In this document: positions 38,933-47,610 of the stretch, piece by piece | How positions within the stretch are numbered: position 1 is the stretch's first letter | How the letters are laid out: the number at the start of each line of letters is the position of its first letter | Assembly (NCBI GenBank): GCA_041736175.1 | Contig: JBGSUI010000131.1 | Span: forward strand, 1-50,175 | Reading direction: 5' to 3' | Length of the DNA stretch: 50,175 nt | From: Oligoflexales bacterium | Lineage (GTDB): Bacteria; Bdellovibrionota_B; Oligoflexia; Oligoflexales; CAIYRB01 | The notes under the pieces: model-generated | What the model saw: only the letters and a program-made list of their open reading frames with translations | Told to the model about the DNA's origin: nothing | The model's database searches: none | Program-made: the position numbers and the translations under genes

Positions 38933-39740
38933 CGCTCAGCACTGGAATGGGCGGCACATCTCCACAGATGATGGGGACACCCTGTTTTTGGATGGATACG
39001 GCCTGATGGTCAAGCCAAAAACCAAGGGGCAAGAGGGAGATCTGGGTTAGGATATTGAGTTGCACCAACACAGCGCCCCTCAGACCATAGCCTATTTGCT
39101 GGGATGCTTGGCGATGGTGGGGCGCAAAGGATACTGCGCGGGATATGGACTCTAAAAGATGCCGCTGCATACAGTTGGTGCTTGGATCCCCTGCCAAAAC
39201 TTTTTGTTGGGAGCTAAGGGCCGCAGCCAATCCTTCATCCCTAAGGGTCACTCCGTACCAAAGATAGGAAAAGATTTTACCAACGCCCTTCCAGGGTCTG
39301 AGGGGATTTTGCAAATCCTTTTTTTTAGGAATTGCTTGAAAGGTCGGCGTTCCATCCATAGAAACCACCACATCACAAAAAATATCAACTCCTAAACGAG
39401 CGATCGGCCGCGCCCACCGTTCCATGATGCGAGCAAAGGGTAAAGCTAGGCTTTCAGACAGGATCAGTGTTTTCGAAACTCCCTGGGAAGCCCCCTCGGT
39501 CATCCGCGCATAGAGAGGTTGGCGGACTGTGTTTAGAGTCCGAGCCTCTATCAGATGGTTGGAAAGGCATTTTCCTGCAGGTGCTGGATCCTGGCGGGTT
39601 TGGGCATCCCCTGAGACAACCTCTGGACCCTGAGGCTGGCTAAAACTCCCATCACACCATATAAAAAGTCCCACAAAACAAGCGACTCCGAAACCACGGA
39701 TTCTAATAAAAGTCTGAATTTTTCCCAACAGATTCTTCAT
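38904..39740 (-). CDS. Hypothetical exported protein with internal duplication
   Basis: Signal-like N-terminus; 4-bp overlap with the upstream PTP gene; two CxxxHLxE...GVxIxC repeats. Confidence 0.7.
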   Translation of the reverse strand: MKNLLGKIQTFIRIRGFGVACFVGLFIWCDGSFSQPQGPEVVSGDAQTRQDPAPAGKCLSNHLIEARTLNTVRQPLYARMTEGASQGVSKTLILSESLALPFARIMERWARPIARLGVDIFCDVVVSMDGTPTFQAIPKKKDLQNPLRPWKGVGKIFSYLWYGVTLRDEGLAAALSSQQKVLAGDPSTNCMQRHLLESISRAVSFAPHHRQASQQIGYGLRGAVLVQLNILTQISLLPLGFWLDHQAVSIQKQGVPIICGDVPPIPVLSVTGDGSLTH

Positions 39741-40261
39741 GATTTTTCACTTTCCCGCTGCAAAAAAGCTGGTAAATGACGCAAACCTCGCTCCAGCAGA
39801 TCGAGCACCTCGTCAAATCCCTTTTGGTTTCCGAAATATGGATCCGGAACCGCAATCTCGCCGTCGCCGAGAAGTTCTCCAAAGGGTCTGACTTTTTTAG
39901 TCCATACCTGGTCTGGAGACAGGCTGAGAACCGCTTTTTGGATGGACGGGTCCATGGTAAACAAAAAGTCAAAATCCGTAAAATCTTGGAGGGTGATCTG
40001 CCGCGCCCGGTGGGTTAGGGGATATCCCCGTTTTTCCGCAGCCTGCCGCATCCGTTGGTCCGCAAGCTCCCCCGCGTGCCAGCCACCGGTGCCTGCCGAG
40101 TCCACCTCCAGGTCATATTTCCAAGAATCAGCCTCTGGGAGTGTTTTGGCCCAACAGGTCAGGATCCCCTCTGCCGCTGGTGATCGGCATATATTACCAA
40201 GGCAAACAAATAGGATTCTATAAATGGGCTTTTTCTGCTGGTAAGATTGATATGTCGTCAC
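39737..40261 (-). CDS. Low-molecular-weight protein-tyrosine phosphatase
   Basis: VCLGNICRS P-loop, DSAGT..WH, VPDPY. Confidence 0.95.
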   Translation of the reverse strand: MTTYQSYQQKKPIYRILFVCLGNICRSPAAEGILTCWAKTLPEADSWKYDLEVDSAGTGGWHAGELADQRMRQAAEKRGYPLTHRARQITLQDFTDFDFLFTMDPSIQKAVLSLSPDQVWTKKVRPFGELLGDGEIAVPDPYFGNQKGFDEVLDLLERGLRHLPAFLQRESEKS

Positions 40262-40360
40262 AGACTATCCTCCCGGAATTCGGAGGTTTTTAGCACGACA
40301 CCGACTGGAGCGTCAATGAAATATTTGACCGGACACTTAACTATTTTCTTTTAACGCGAA

Positions 40361-40375
40361 TGGATTAATTCTTGC
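40361..40375 (+). promoter_or_regulatory. Possible sigma54-type promoter
   Basis: TGGATTAATTCTTGC(A), GG-N10-GC spacing, weaker -24 box; about 70 bp upstream of the protease gene. Confidence 0.4.
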
Positions 40376-40446
40376 AGGTCATAACTTATCAAAAGGCATT
40401 GTGAGTTGTTTCCGCGTAAATTAATCAAGTATTAAGGAATTTAAAA

Positions 40447-41358
40447 ATGAAAAAAGCTCTATATGGTTTATCTGAGTCGAAAGGGAGCCGATTTGTCGGG
40501 ACTTTTGTACCATTGACCTTAGCATTGCTGGAATGTTTGATAGGGCAATCTTGCAAAACAAAATCTGCCGAAAATCCCGAAAGTGATATAAAAGGCATTG
40601 TTGCTGAAGGACGCGAATTCCTATGGCCTAACGCCACGGCATCCGTATGTTGGGAAAACGATATTCCGCCAATTTATTGGCATAAATTCGAGCCAATGCG
40701 AAAAAAAATAGAGCAACATGTATCATCCCAAATGGCCCGAGCTGGTTTTACTCTCACTGGCTGGCTGGCATGCGAACCTAACTCTAAAGGTATGCGTATT
40801 GCCCAAAAAAAATCCCAAAAGCCTCATGTAAAATATGAACAAGCAAGTGTGGAGGCATTTGGATACAAACTCGACGGAGTCGTTGGCGGTATTAAACTTT
40901 ACATGGATTTCTACTATGATTCTGTTCTGCTCAATACTGCTCTCCATGAATTTGGTCACGCGATCGGACTGCAGCACGAACATCTCCGTCCGGACAGCCA
41001 ATGTAACCAAAAGCATGAGCGGAGAGCGGATTTGCAGTCGATGGGAAGCTTGCTTATTGGCAGTTATGATTCTGAATCCATTATGAATTATTGCTATGTA
41101 GATCAAGCTGATATTGAAGTTAAAACTGTCGGACTTTCTGCTGGGGATATCAGTACGATTAAAACGATCTATAGCAATACACGCAGCACGCAGACATTCC
41201 CCCGCGAAAACAAGTGCATCAAGGATGGTAATTTGTGGGTAACTAAGAAATTGAGATCTTGTTGCAAAATTGCTCCTGGCAATAAGCCCCCCAACCAAGC
41301 CGAGTATCCCATTTGTAAAGCGCATTTTCCTTGGATATCCGATAGTGACGATAACTGA
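40447..41358 (+). CDS. Metzincin (astacin/M12-like) secreted metalloprotease, possible lipoprotein
   Basis: HEFGHAIGLQHEH, Met-turn SIMNY, Cys-rich C-terminus; AT-rich relative to flanks. Confidence 0.85.
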   Translation: MKKALYGLSESKGSRFVGTFVPLTLALLECLIGQSCKTKSAENPESDIKGIVAEGREFLWPNATASVCWENDIPPIYWHKFEPMRKKIEQHVSSQMARAGFTLTGWLACEPNSKGMRIAQKKSQKPHVKYEQASVEAFGYKLDGVVGGIKLYMDFYYDSVLLNTALHEFGHAIGLQHEHLRPDSQCNQKHERRADLQSMGSLLIGSYDSESIMNYCYVDQADIEVKTVGLSAGDISTIKTIYSNTRSTQTFPRENKCIKDGNLWVTKKLRSCCKIAPGNKPPNQAEYPICKAHFPWISDSDDN

Positions 41359-41380
41359 TTAATTTTTAGACACACCTCCG

Positions 41381-41396
41381 TGCTGCTTCGGCAGCA
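41381..41396 (+). terminator. Hairpin with C(UUCG)G tetraloop downstream of the protease gene
   Basis: tgctgc-ttcg-gcagca; no U-tract directly after. Confidence 0.4.
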
Positions 41397-41443
41397 TCTG
41401 AAATGATCAAAAAAGTTTTAGGACTCCAACTGAATTTTGAAGT

Positions 41444-41458
41444 TGGCATGGTATTTGC
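41444..41458 (+). promoter_or_regulatory. Sigma54-type promoter
   Basis: TGGCATGGTATTTGC, close to the TGGCAC-N5-TTGC consensus. Confidence 0.7.
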
Positions 41459-41505
41459 GCTGCTTTGGACAGTTTTGGGATAAAATAAACTATAGGAGAT
41501 TTAAA

Positions 41506-41547
41506 ATGATTTTTAAAAAACGATTTATCAGGATATTGGCAGTCTAA
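41506..41547 (+). other. 13-codon ORF MIFKKRFIRILAV (micropeptide or truncated gene start)
   Basis: AGGAG RBS 7 nt upstream of ATG, downstream of a sigma54 promoter. Confidence 0.4.
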
Positions 41548-41760
41548 CGAGTCTCCTAGAAGCGCCTAAAATCCTGACACTCTACCAAAACCTGACTATG
41601 CCCTTTGACAAGTAAATCCCACAGATCTCTAGGCCACTAATTTTAGGAGCATATTATTCAATAACGAGCCCGTCAATTCCACCGCAAGACCTATCTCCGC
41701 TGGCCAAAAGTTGAACAACTACAGGACTCCAAACTCCCAATGATTTCAAAAGGACCCCCT

Positions 41761-41775
41761 AGGCATAGTGATTGC
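41761..41775 (+). promoter_or_regulatory. Sigma54-type promoter
   Basis: AGGCATAGTGATTGC(A), GG-N10-GC spacing. Confidence 0.55.
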
Positions 41776-41827
41776 AAGAAAAAGGGAGCACCTATCCCAA
41801 AAGAGCCCTCTGAAAAGGAAACGCGAC

Positions 41828-41968
41828 ATGACGAAGAAAGCCGGTCAGCTTCTTGATATCCTACTTGCCGTACTAGTTGTCCTTAAGATTTTCTCCCTAG
41901 CGACGACCTCTGAAGCTAATGATAAAAAATCACCTGCACCCATGGAGTCTCCTAAAAAAACTGATTGA
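41828..41968 (+). CDS. Small 46-aa exported or membrane peptide
   Basis: MTKK plus hydrophobic helix, SEA cleavage-like site, charged tail; AAGGA RBS; sigma54-like promoter upstream. Confidence 0.5.
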   Translation: MTKKAGQLLDILLAVLVVLKIFSLATTSEANDKKSPAPMESPKKTD

Positions 41969-41974
41969 GTATTA

Positions 41975-44062
41975 TCAGGTGTAAGAAGTCCCCAAGATCC
42001 CATTTAAGATGGGATAGCGGCAGTAGGATTTGGGATCTAAACTAATTTCATCTAGGTGAAACCCTGGAGCGATACGCTCCCTTTTCCATTGGCTCCGGGA
42101 CCAGAGTTTCATAAACTTCTCAACCCAATCTGAGAGCTGTCTACCGTCCACCTCCCTAAAGTCACGACTGAGGAGTTGGCAGATATCGGCGGGACCGAGG
42201 CGATCCCGGACAAAATATCGCTCGATCCTTTCCAAGACTGGATAGGGCATCAGATCCGCTTCATCGGTTTGCTCAGGACCTGCTCCAGTTCCTACTCCCG
42301 AGGAGGTGGGCCGCAGCTCCGCAGTGGGTGCCTGCACGTTGACTAACTCAAGCACCGGCAACGGACCAAAGGGCAACCCTTCGGCCACAGCGACCCAGCG
42401 CAACCAACGACGCAAAAAAGGCTTGTCGATCCCCGCGAGGGGCGCGAGACCACCGGCTGTATCTCCATCCATCGTCGCATAACCTACGGCCGCCTCGCTG
42501 CGGTTGCTGGTGGTCAAAAACAAACTCTGGCGCACATTGGCCAAAAGCCACGGCATCGGCGCCCGGGCCCGTGCCTGGATATTTTGCAGGGCAATATCAT
42601 GCTGGTCCCAGGATAGTTTAGCTCCAAGAGCGGCTTCGGCACCCTGGACATAGGACTGGACCACCGCCTCCACATCCGCCACATAAAAGCCACATCCAAG
42701 GGCCAAGGCCAACTGTCGAGCAGCGTTTTCGGTCACTGGTCCACTCTGGGCCGTCTTTTGGTAAAGACAGCATAAAAGTCGCTGCATCCATAAACGGGGA
42801 TCACTTGAATCCAAGCCTTTAGACCACCCCTCTTCCCAACCAAGCCTCACGCTTAACTCTAGGGGACCCAGTTCCTTTAAGGCTCCCGCAAGCATATGGG
42901 CCACCAACACGGCACAGGTCGAAGAATCCACACCACCACTGAGGGATATCACAAAACCCTTATGACCACTCTTGCGGACATAATCAAACAGGCCCAGCAT
43001 CTCGGCGCCTAGAAACTCCGATTCGGGGTCTGTGGGGATTTTTTCGCTCCCGACCACAAGGCTCTCGCCACGGTGGCATTCGACTCTATAGGGAGTTTTT
43101 TTGTTTTTCCCAGTGGCCAAACCTTCCCCTAATCCACGGGAAGGAGGGCTTTTTGCGATGCGCGGGTCTTGTCCTTGAATCCTATGAACTGGAGGACTCT
43201 GCTGAGGGGATCCACTGGTAAAGCCACCTTCTAAATAAACTGATCTATGTTTTATTTTTTCCGTCGTCGCAGCTTCTGGAACGATATCATGATAGGTCAC
43301 CGATCCGTCGACAAAACCAAACCGAGGCCCCCTGGCGACCATCACCCCCTTGTCGGCTATCAGGACCCCACCGTCATAAATCAATCGTCCGGCCTCACAA
43401 CCCAAGAGGTTGGTATAGAGATAGGTGGCATGCATCGCCCGGCTGCTATTGGCGACCAGTTGTTCGCGCTTTTGATATTTTCCTAGGGCGAAGTGGGAGG
43501 CACTTGGATTGACGACGAGGTGCACCAAATCAGCCACCATCGCAGCTGCGGGAATACTACCCCATGCCTCCTCGCAAAGCTCGATCGCCATCCCCATGGG
43601 CCCTAGCTGGTAGATCGTATCTCCAAAGGGGACTTTGTGGGAGCCTATGAGTTTTTCTCCAAGGCGGCCAAAGGCCCAGGGGCTAAACCAACGGGGTTCG
43701 TAATGAACTCCTTCCCTAGCTAAGACCCGCTTTGGGTTGATGCCTAAGATCTTGGTGTCTTGGACCACCACGGCACAGTTGTAAAGCCCCCCTTCATAAA
43801 TGACGGGCAGCCCAAAGACGACTGTCATCCCCTGGGTTTCAGGTAAAAGGCCCAGCAGCTCGATTTCGGAGCGTTTGGAGACTTCGCCGCTAAAAAAGGC
43901 GTCTTCACATCCGTAGCCCGGAATGGAGAGCTCAGGGAGTACTAACAGTTGGACGCCGCTACTTCGCGCGGCCCGTAGGACTTCTCGAAGGCGCCCAGCA
44001 TTCCCCTTAAAATCCAGCGGTGTTTGGTTGATGGTCGCACCTGCAACCCGTAGGTATTCCAT
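41975..44062 (-). CDS. nadE: Glutamine-dependent NAD+ synthetase
   Basis: Nitrilase-fold N-domain (PEL, K, CEE) plus SGGVDS, QNIQARAR, NRSE..GYATMDGD, PTAEL, QTDE. Confidence 0.96.
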   Translation of the reverse strand: MEYLRVAGATINQTPLDFKGNAGRLREVLRAARSSGVQLLVLPELSIPGYGCEDAFFSGEVSKRSEIELLGLLPETQGMTVVFGLPVIYEGGLYNCAVVVQDTKILGINPKRVLAREGVHYEPRWFSPWAFGRLGEKLIGSHKVPFGDTIYQLGPMGMAIELCEEAWGSIPAAAMVADLVHLVVNPSASHFALGKYQKREQLVANSSRAMHATYLYTNLLGCEAGRLIYDGGVLIADKGVMVARGPRFGFVDGSVTYHDIVPEAATTEKIKHRSVYLEGGFTSGSPQQSPPVHRIQGQDPRIAKSPPSRGLGEGLATGKNKKTPYRVECHRGESLVVGSEKIPTDPESEFLGAEMLGLFDYVRKSGHKGFVISLSGGVDSSTCAVLVAHMLAGALKELGPLELSVRLGWEEGWSKGLDSSDPRLWMQRLLCCLYQKTAQSGPVTENAARQLALALGCGFYVADVEAVVQSYVQGAEAALGAKLSWDQHDIALQNIQARARAPMPWLLANVRQSLFLTTSNRSEAAVGYATMDGDTAGGLAPLAGIDKPFLRRWLRWVAVAEGLPFGPLPVLELVNVQAPTAELRPTSSGVGTGAGPEQTDEADLMPYPVLERIERYFVRDRLGPADICQLLSRDFREVDGRQLSDWVEKFMKLWSRSQWKRERIAPGFHLDEISLDPKSYCRYPILNGILGTSYT

Positions 44063-44253
44063 GGGAGTCCCCCTTCACAAGTAAAACTCTGGCCATCATA
44101 CCTTATGCCTTCTTTGGTGCGAGGGAAAAGTAAATGACTAAAAAGGGGGTACTACTCGCCGCTTCGAGCCCCACCACCGTGTGGTCCAAGACCGCCGCTT
44201 TTCTATAAGAGCATGTGTCCGGAATCATCCTGATTCTCGCTTTAAATTTAGAA

Positions 44254-45603
44254 TTAGGATAAACCATATTCAGTATTCGGTCCTTTACCGTATTTAACGA
44301 TGTATTTTTGTGTCAAGAGTTGCCGCAACATGCGGCCAAGAGTGGCTTTAGAGTAGGGCGAATGTTGCATAAGAAGTGACATGCCAGCTCGTTCATGGGT
44401 CGCCAGACAGTCTAAAATCCATCGGGTTTCGCTGACCGCTTCTTCAGATAGATTGTTTGCTTTTCGAGGTAAGATCACCTTTACAAAATTTTCACCCTCG
44501 ATCACTTGAGGTTTTTGTAGGTTGCTCAGGCGGTAGTGTCTAAAAAGCTCTCGAAAACCGGTTCCCATTTTTTCAATGTATCCAAACTCACGAAACATTT
44601 TGCAGATATAGGCATTCCTTACATAGGTGATCCCGTCTTCGAGATGAGAGACTTGGAGTGGACCAGGAAACGATCCTGGGCTAAAAAATTCGACGCGATT
44701 TTGATAGATAGCGATTTTTATAGGCGCTTGGATAGCATAGTCGCGGTGAACTAAGGCATTCACCAGGACTTCCCTTAAAGCTACTTCGGGAATTTCGAGT
44801 TTTTCTTCACGTTTTACGCTACGGATGATGAAACTTTTAGAGAGAACTTCTAATAAAAACTGATAAACTGATGCAAATTGGGCAAAAAGAGTCCCTCTAG
44901 CATCAATAGTTCTAATCACGTCTCTACCTTCTGAACCTTTAAAATGGGTACAAACCACGTATGATTCCGGAAAATATTCCTCCGGGTGGTTTCCTAGGAG
45001 CATGATTCCAGCAAGAGTAGGCAGAGTCTCTCCCTGGTCCTCGCAAAGCACCCGGTAGGAACGAGCGACCGTGGAAAGCTCTGATTTTGGATGAGGAATG
45101 CCTTTACGTTCAAAAATGTGATTGAGTCCGCTTAAATCAAGGTCCTTGATGGTTGAGCCATAAACGGGATGTTCATCTGGAAATCTGCCCTTATTGCGCC
45201 ATTCCAATTCGCGAATAACCGAGCTGTCAGCTTTGACTGAACTCCTGCCTACTCGCACAAAGGTCCCTGCGTCCAAACCCTTAGATTTTAGAAAATACGG
45301 TTTGCTCATACCTTCGCTAACCTGAATGACGAGGAGCAAAGAGTTTTCAAACCGTTGGGTGTAGACTTTGGGGATCACGTGGGGAAATATGGCTTGGTGA
45401 ATTGTGTGAGGCAAGGTTTCTAAGGCTAACTCTATGTCCGCTTCAGGCAACCCAATGACTTTTCTTTGATCAGTAACACCAATCAAAATCCTTCCGCCGT
45501 AGGTGTTACAAAAAGCGATCACCTCACGCAGTAGACGAGGTATATCCGGAAATTTTTCTTTAAATTCTAGATTATTACTCTCTGTCTCTGGGTATTGACT
45601 CAT
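44254..45603 (-). CDS. Schlafen/AlbA_2 domain + HATPase_c_4-like domain + C-terminal wHTH protein
   Basis: ESNNLEFKE, AFCNTYGGRILIGVTD, REVLVNALVHRDY, SPG, RNAYI..GYIEKMGTG, terminal G.GPNTEY; AT-rich. Confidence 0.85.
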   Translation of the reverse strand: MSQYPETESNNLEFKEKFPDIPRLLREVIAFCNTYGGRILIGVTDQRKVIGLPEADIELALETLPHTIHQAIFPHVIPKVYTQRFENSLLLVIQVSEGMSKPYFLKSKGLDAGTFVRVGRSSVKADSSVIRELEWRNKGRFPDEHPVYGSTIKDLDLSGLNHIFERKGIPHPKSELSTVARSYRVLCEDQGETLPTLAGIMLLGNHPEEYFPESYVVCTHFKGSEGRDVIRTIDARGTLFAQFASVYQFLLEVLSKSFIIRSVKREEKLEIPEVALREVLVNALVHRDYAIQAPIKIAIYQNRVEFFSPGSFPGPLQVSHLEDGITYVRNAYICKMFREFGYIEKMGTGFRELFRHYRLSNLQKPQVIEGENFVKVILPRKANNLSEEAVSETRWILDCLATHERAGMSLLMQHSPYSKATLGRMLRQLLTQKYIVKYGKGPNTEYGLS

Positions 45604-45638
45604 AAACCCCTCGATGAGTTGATCTGATTCGAAAAGAC

Positions 45639-45667
45639 ATCATAACCGATCAATCAACTCACATCAA
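45639..45667 (-). promoter_or_regulatory. Sigma70-type promoter for the Schlafen/AlbA gene, overlapped by 9-bp repeats
   Basis: -35 TTGATG, 17-bp spacer, -10 TATGAT on the minus strand. Confidence 0.6.
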
Positions 45668-45668
45668 C

Positions 45669-47375
45669 TCAAAATGGCCCAGGTTCGCTCCGGTCATAGG
45701 ACTTTGCCTCAGCCTGCCAGCTCAAAGCTGTGGTGAGATCAGAGGGGATCACCCGCGGACGTTGGTCGATATCGGCAAGGGTTCGGGCCACCCGAAGGCA
45801 ACGGATCAAGGACCGGTTGCTAAGGGACTTTGGCAAGTGGTGAGCGATCAAGGCTTTGAGCTGCTGGGAGTCCAGGTCAAGGGACTGACCGAGGTCCTTG
45901 GCCCGTAGCTGAGAATTGGTCATCACCCCAAGCTTTTGGTTACGAGTCCACCCGAATTCCCGGGCTGCCAGCACCTGGGCGCGCATGCGGGCGGTTTGAC
46001 CCGACTGGATTCCAGCCTCTTCCTGGGTCAGAATGGTGGCGACCTCAGACTTAGTCTCGGGAAAATCCAGATGGATATCGATACGGTCTAAGATAGGTCC
46101 TGACAGGCGGTTTTGATAAGCCTGGATCTTTGCGACCGCGCAGTGGCATTTGGTATAGGGGCTGCCAACCCAGCCACAGGGACAGTTGTTACAGGCGGCG
46201 ACAAGCAGCACCCGACACAGCCATTCAAACTTTTTCTTAGAGCGGGATACCCGGATCTCTCCGGTTTCAAGGGGCTCCCTGAGGGCTTCTAAGACATCCC
46301 GACGAAACTCTGGAAACTCGTCCAGAAACAGCAACCCCCCATGGGCCAACGCCAGCTCACCTGGAGTATCTGGTGTCCCTAAGATCGCCGGTGTACTCGC
46401 CTGGTGGTGGGGTGCTCGAAAGGGAGCACGACCCATCAAGAGGTTTTTCGACAGCTTTTCAGAGATCCGGCTATAGACTTTTAAAGCCTCGATATGGATC
46501 TCCGGAGGCATCGGTGGCAGGAGGCTGGTGAGGCGTTGGGCCAACATGGATTTACCGGTTCCCGGGCACCCTCGCAGCAGCATGCTGTGCATCCCCGCAC
46601 AGGCCGTCACTGCCGCCAGCCGCAGCTCAGGGCTTAAAATCATATCGTCAAAATCCAGCCCACCGTTGGAACTCGTGCCGGCAAAGGAATGTTCAGGGGT
46701 CTCTAGATCTAAAGCAATCGGGGGACTCTCCCCTTGAGAAAATCTGGTCCCCTGGCTTTGATCGACAGAGCTGAGCCAGTTAAAAACCTCTTTAAGATGA
46801 CTAAATCCAAGAGGCATAAACCGGGGCACCACCCCGGCAACAGGGGGGACTGCGAATGGACTCGGAGACGAGATTTCGCCCGCAAACTTGAGGTGGGCCA
46901 AGAGTTCTAGTTCCCGCAGATTCTCTACAGCGACGACGATCCCACGGAGCCCCTGTTCCATAGCAGCCAGTGCAAACGAAATCACGCCTTTGACCGGTCT
47001 AAGTTCGCCGTTAAGGCCAAGCTCCGCAGCAAAAAGCCAGCTCTCGGGGTTTTGCCGCCAGCTTTTGGCGACGGCTACCAGCGTCGCAAGACTCACAGCC
47101 ATGGCAAGATCTAAGTGGTTACCCTCCTTTTTAAGATCACCAGGGGTAAAGCTCATCACCAACCTCTGGGCCGGCAGGTAGATCCCAAGGTTTTCGAGGG
47201 CTGTCTTAGCCCGCTCTTTGCCGTCACGGCAGGTTTCTGCGGCGTTGCCTAAAAGTTGAACCCCCGCATACCCCCGGCTGGCACCACATTCGACGCGGAG
47301 GAGTTGGGTTGCGAGCCCATCGTTGATGGCACTATAAATTCCTTGTCCGTTGACGAGTTCCAAAACATTCCTCAT
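45669..47375 (-). CDS. comM: YifB/ComM family Mg-chelatase-like AAA+ ATPase
   Basis: KKEGNHLDL, ELGLNGELRPV, GCPGTGKS, FRAPHH, LAHGGLLFLDE, LREPLETG, CPCG..C.C, SGPILDRID. Confidence 0.93.
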   Translation of the reverse strand: MRNVLELVNGQGIYSAINDGLATQLLRVECGASRGYAGVQLLGNAAETCRDGKERAKTALENLGIYLPAQRLVMSFTPGDLKKEGNHLDLAMAVSLATLVAVAKSWRQNPESWLFAAELGLNGELRPVKGVISFALAAMEQGLRGIVVAVENLRELELLAHLKFAGEISSPSPFAVPPVAGVVPRFMPLGFSHLKEVFNWLSSVDQSQGTRFSQGESPPIALDLETPEHSFAGTSSNGGLDFDDMILSPELRLAAVTACAGMHSMLLRGCPGTGKSMLAQRLTSLLPPMPPEIHIEALKVYSRISEKLSKNLLMGRAPFRAPHHQASTPAILGTPDTPGELALAHGGLLFLDEFPEFRRDVLEALREPLETGEIRVSRSKKKFEWLCRVLLVAACNNCPCGWVGSPYTKCHCAVAKIQAYQNRLSGPILDRIDIHLDFPETKSEVATILTQEEAGIQSGQTARMRAQVLAAREFGWTRNQKLGVMTNSQLRAKDLGQSLDLDSQQLKALIAHHLPKSLSNRSLIRCLRVARTLADIDQRPRVIPSDLTTALSWQAEAKSYDRSEPGPF

Positions 47376-47610
47376 CTAATAATGATGCGCTTTCGCAAAA
47401 CTTGATTTCCTGCCGCTTCCCCGACTTGGATCAATAGCGAATGCTTTTTCCCCTGCATATGGACAAATTATGGGCAAACGGAGGACATTTTGGCGGCTCG
47501 TCTTCTGTTTGGTTTCAGCCCAATGAGACTTGGCAATTGACCGTGGGATTTGGGCCTCTGTATAAGGGAACCCTAAGGTGTCTGCTCCCTTTGCCACGAG
47601 GTGTTCCCCG

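Noticed and set aside
45669..47375. Mobile element integrated into comM, a known hotspot
   Set aside because: The ORF is continuous with all motifs, and no integrase or att repeats are visible
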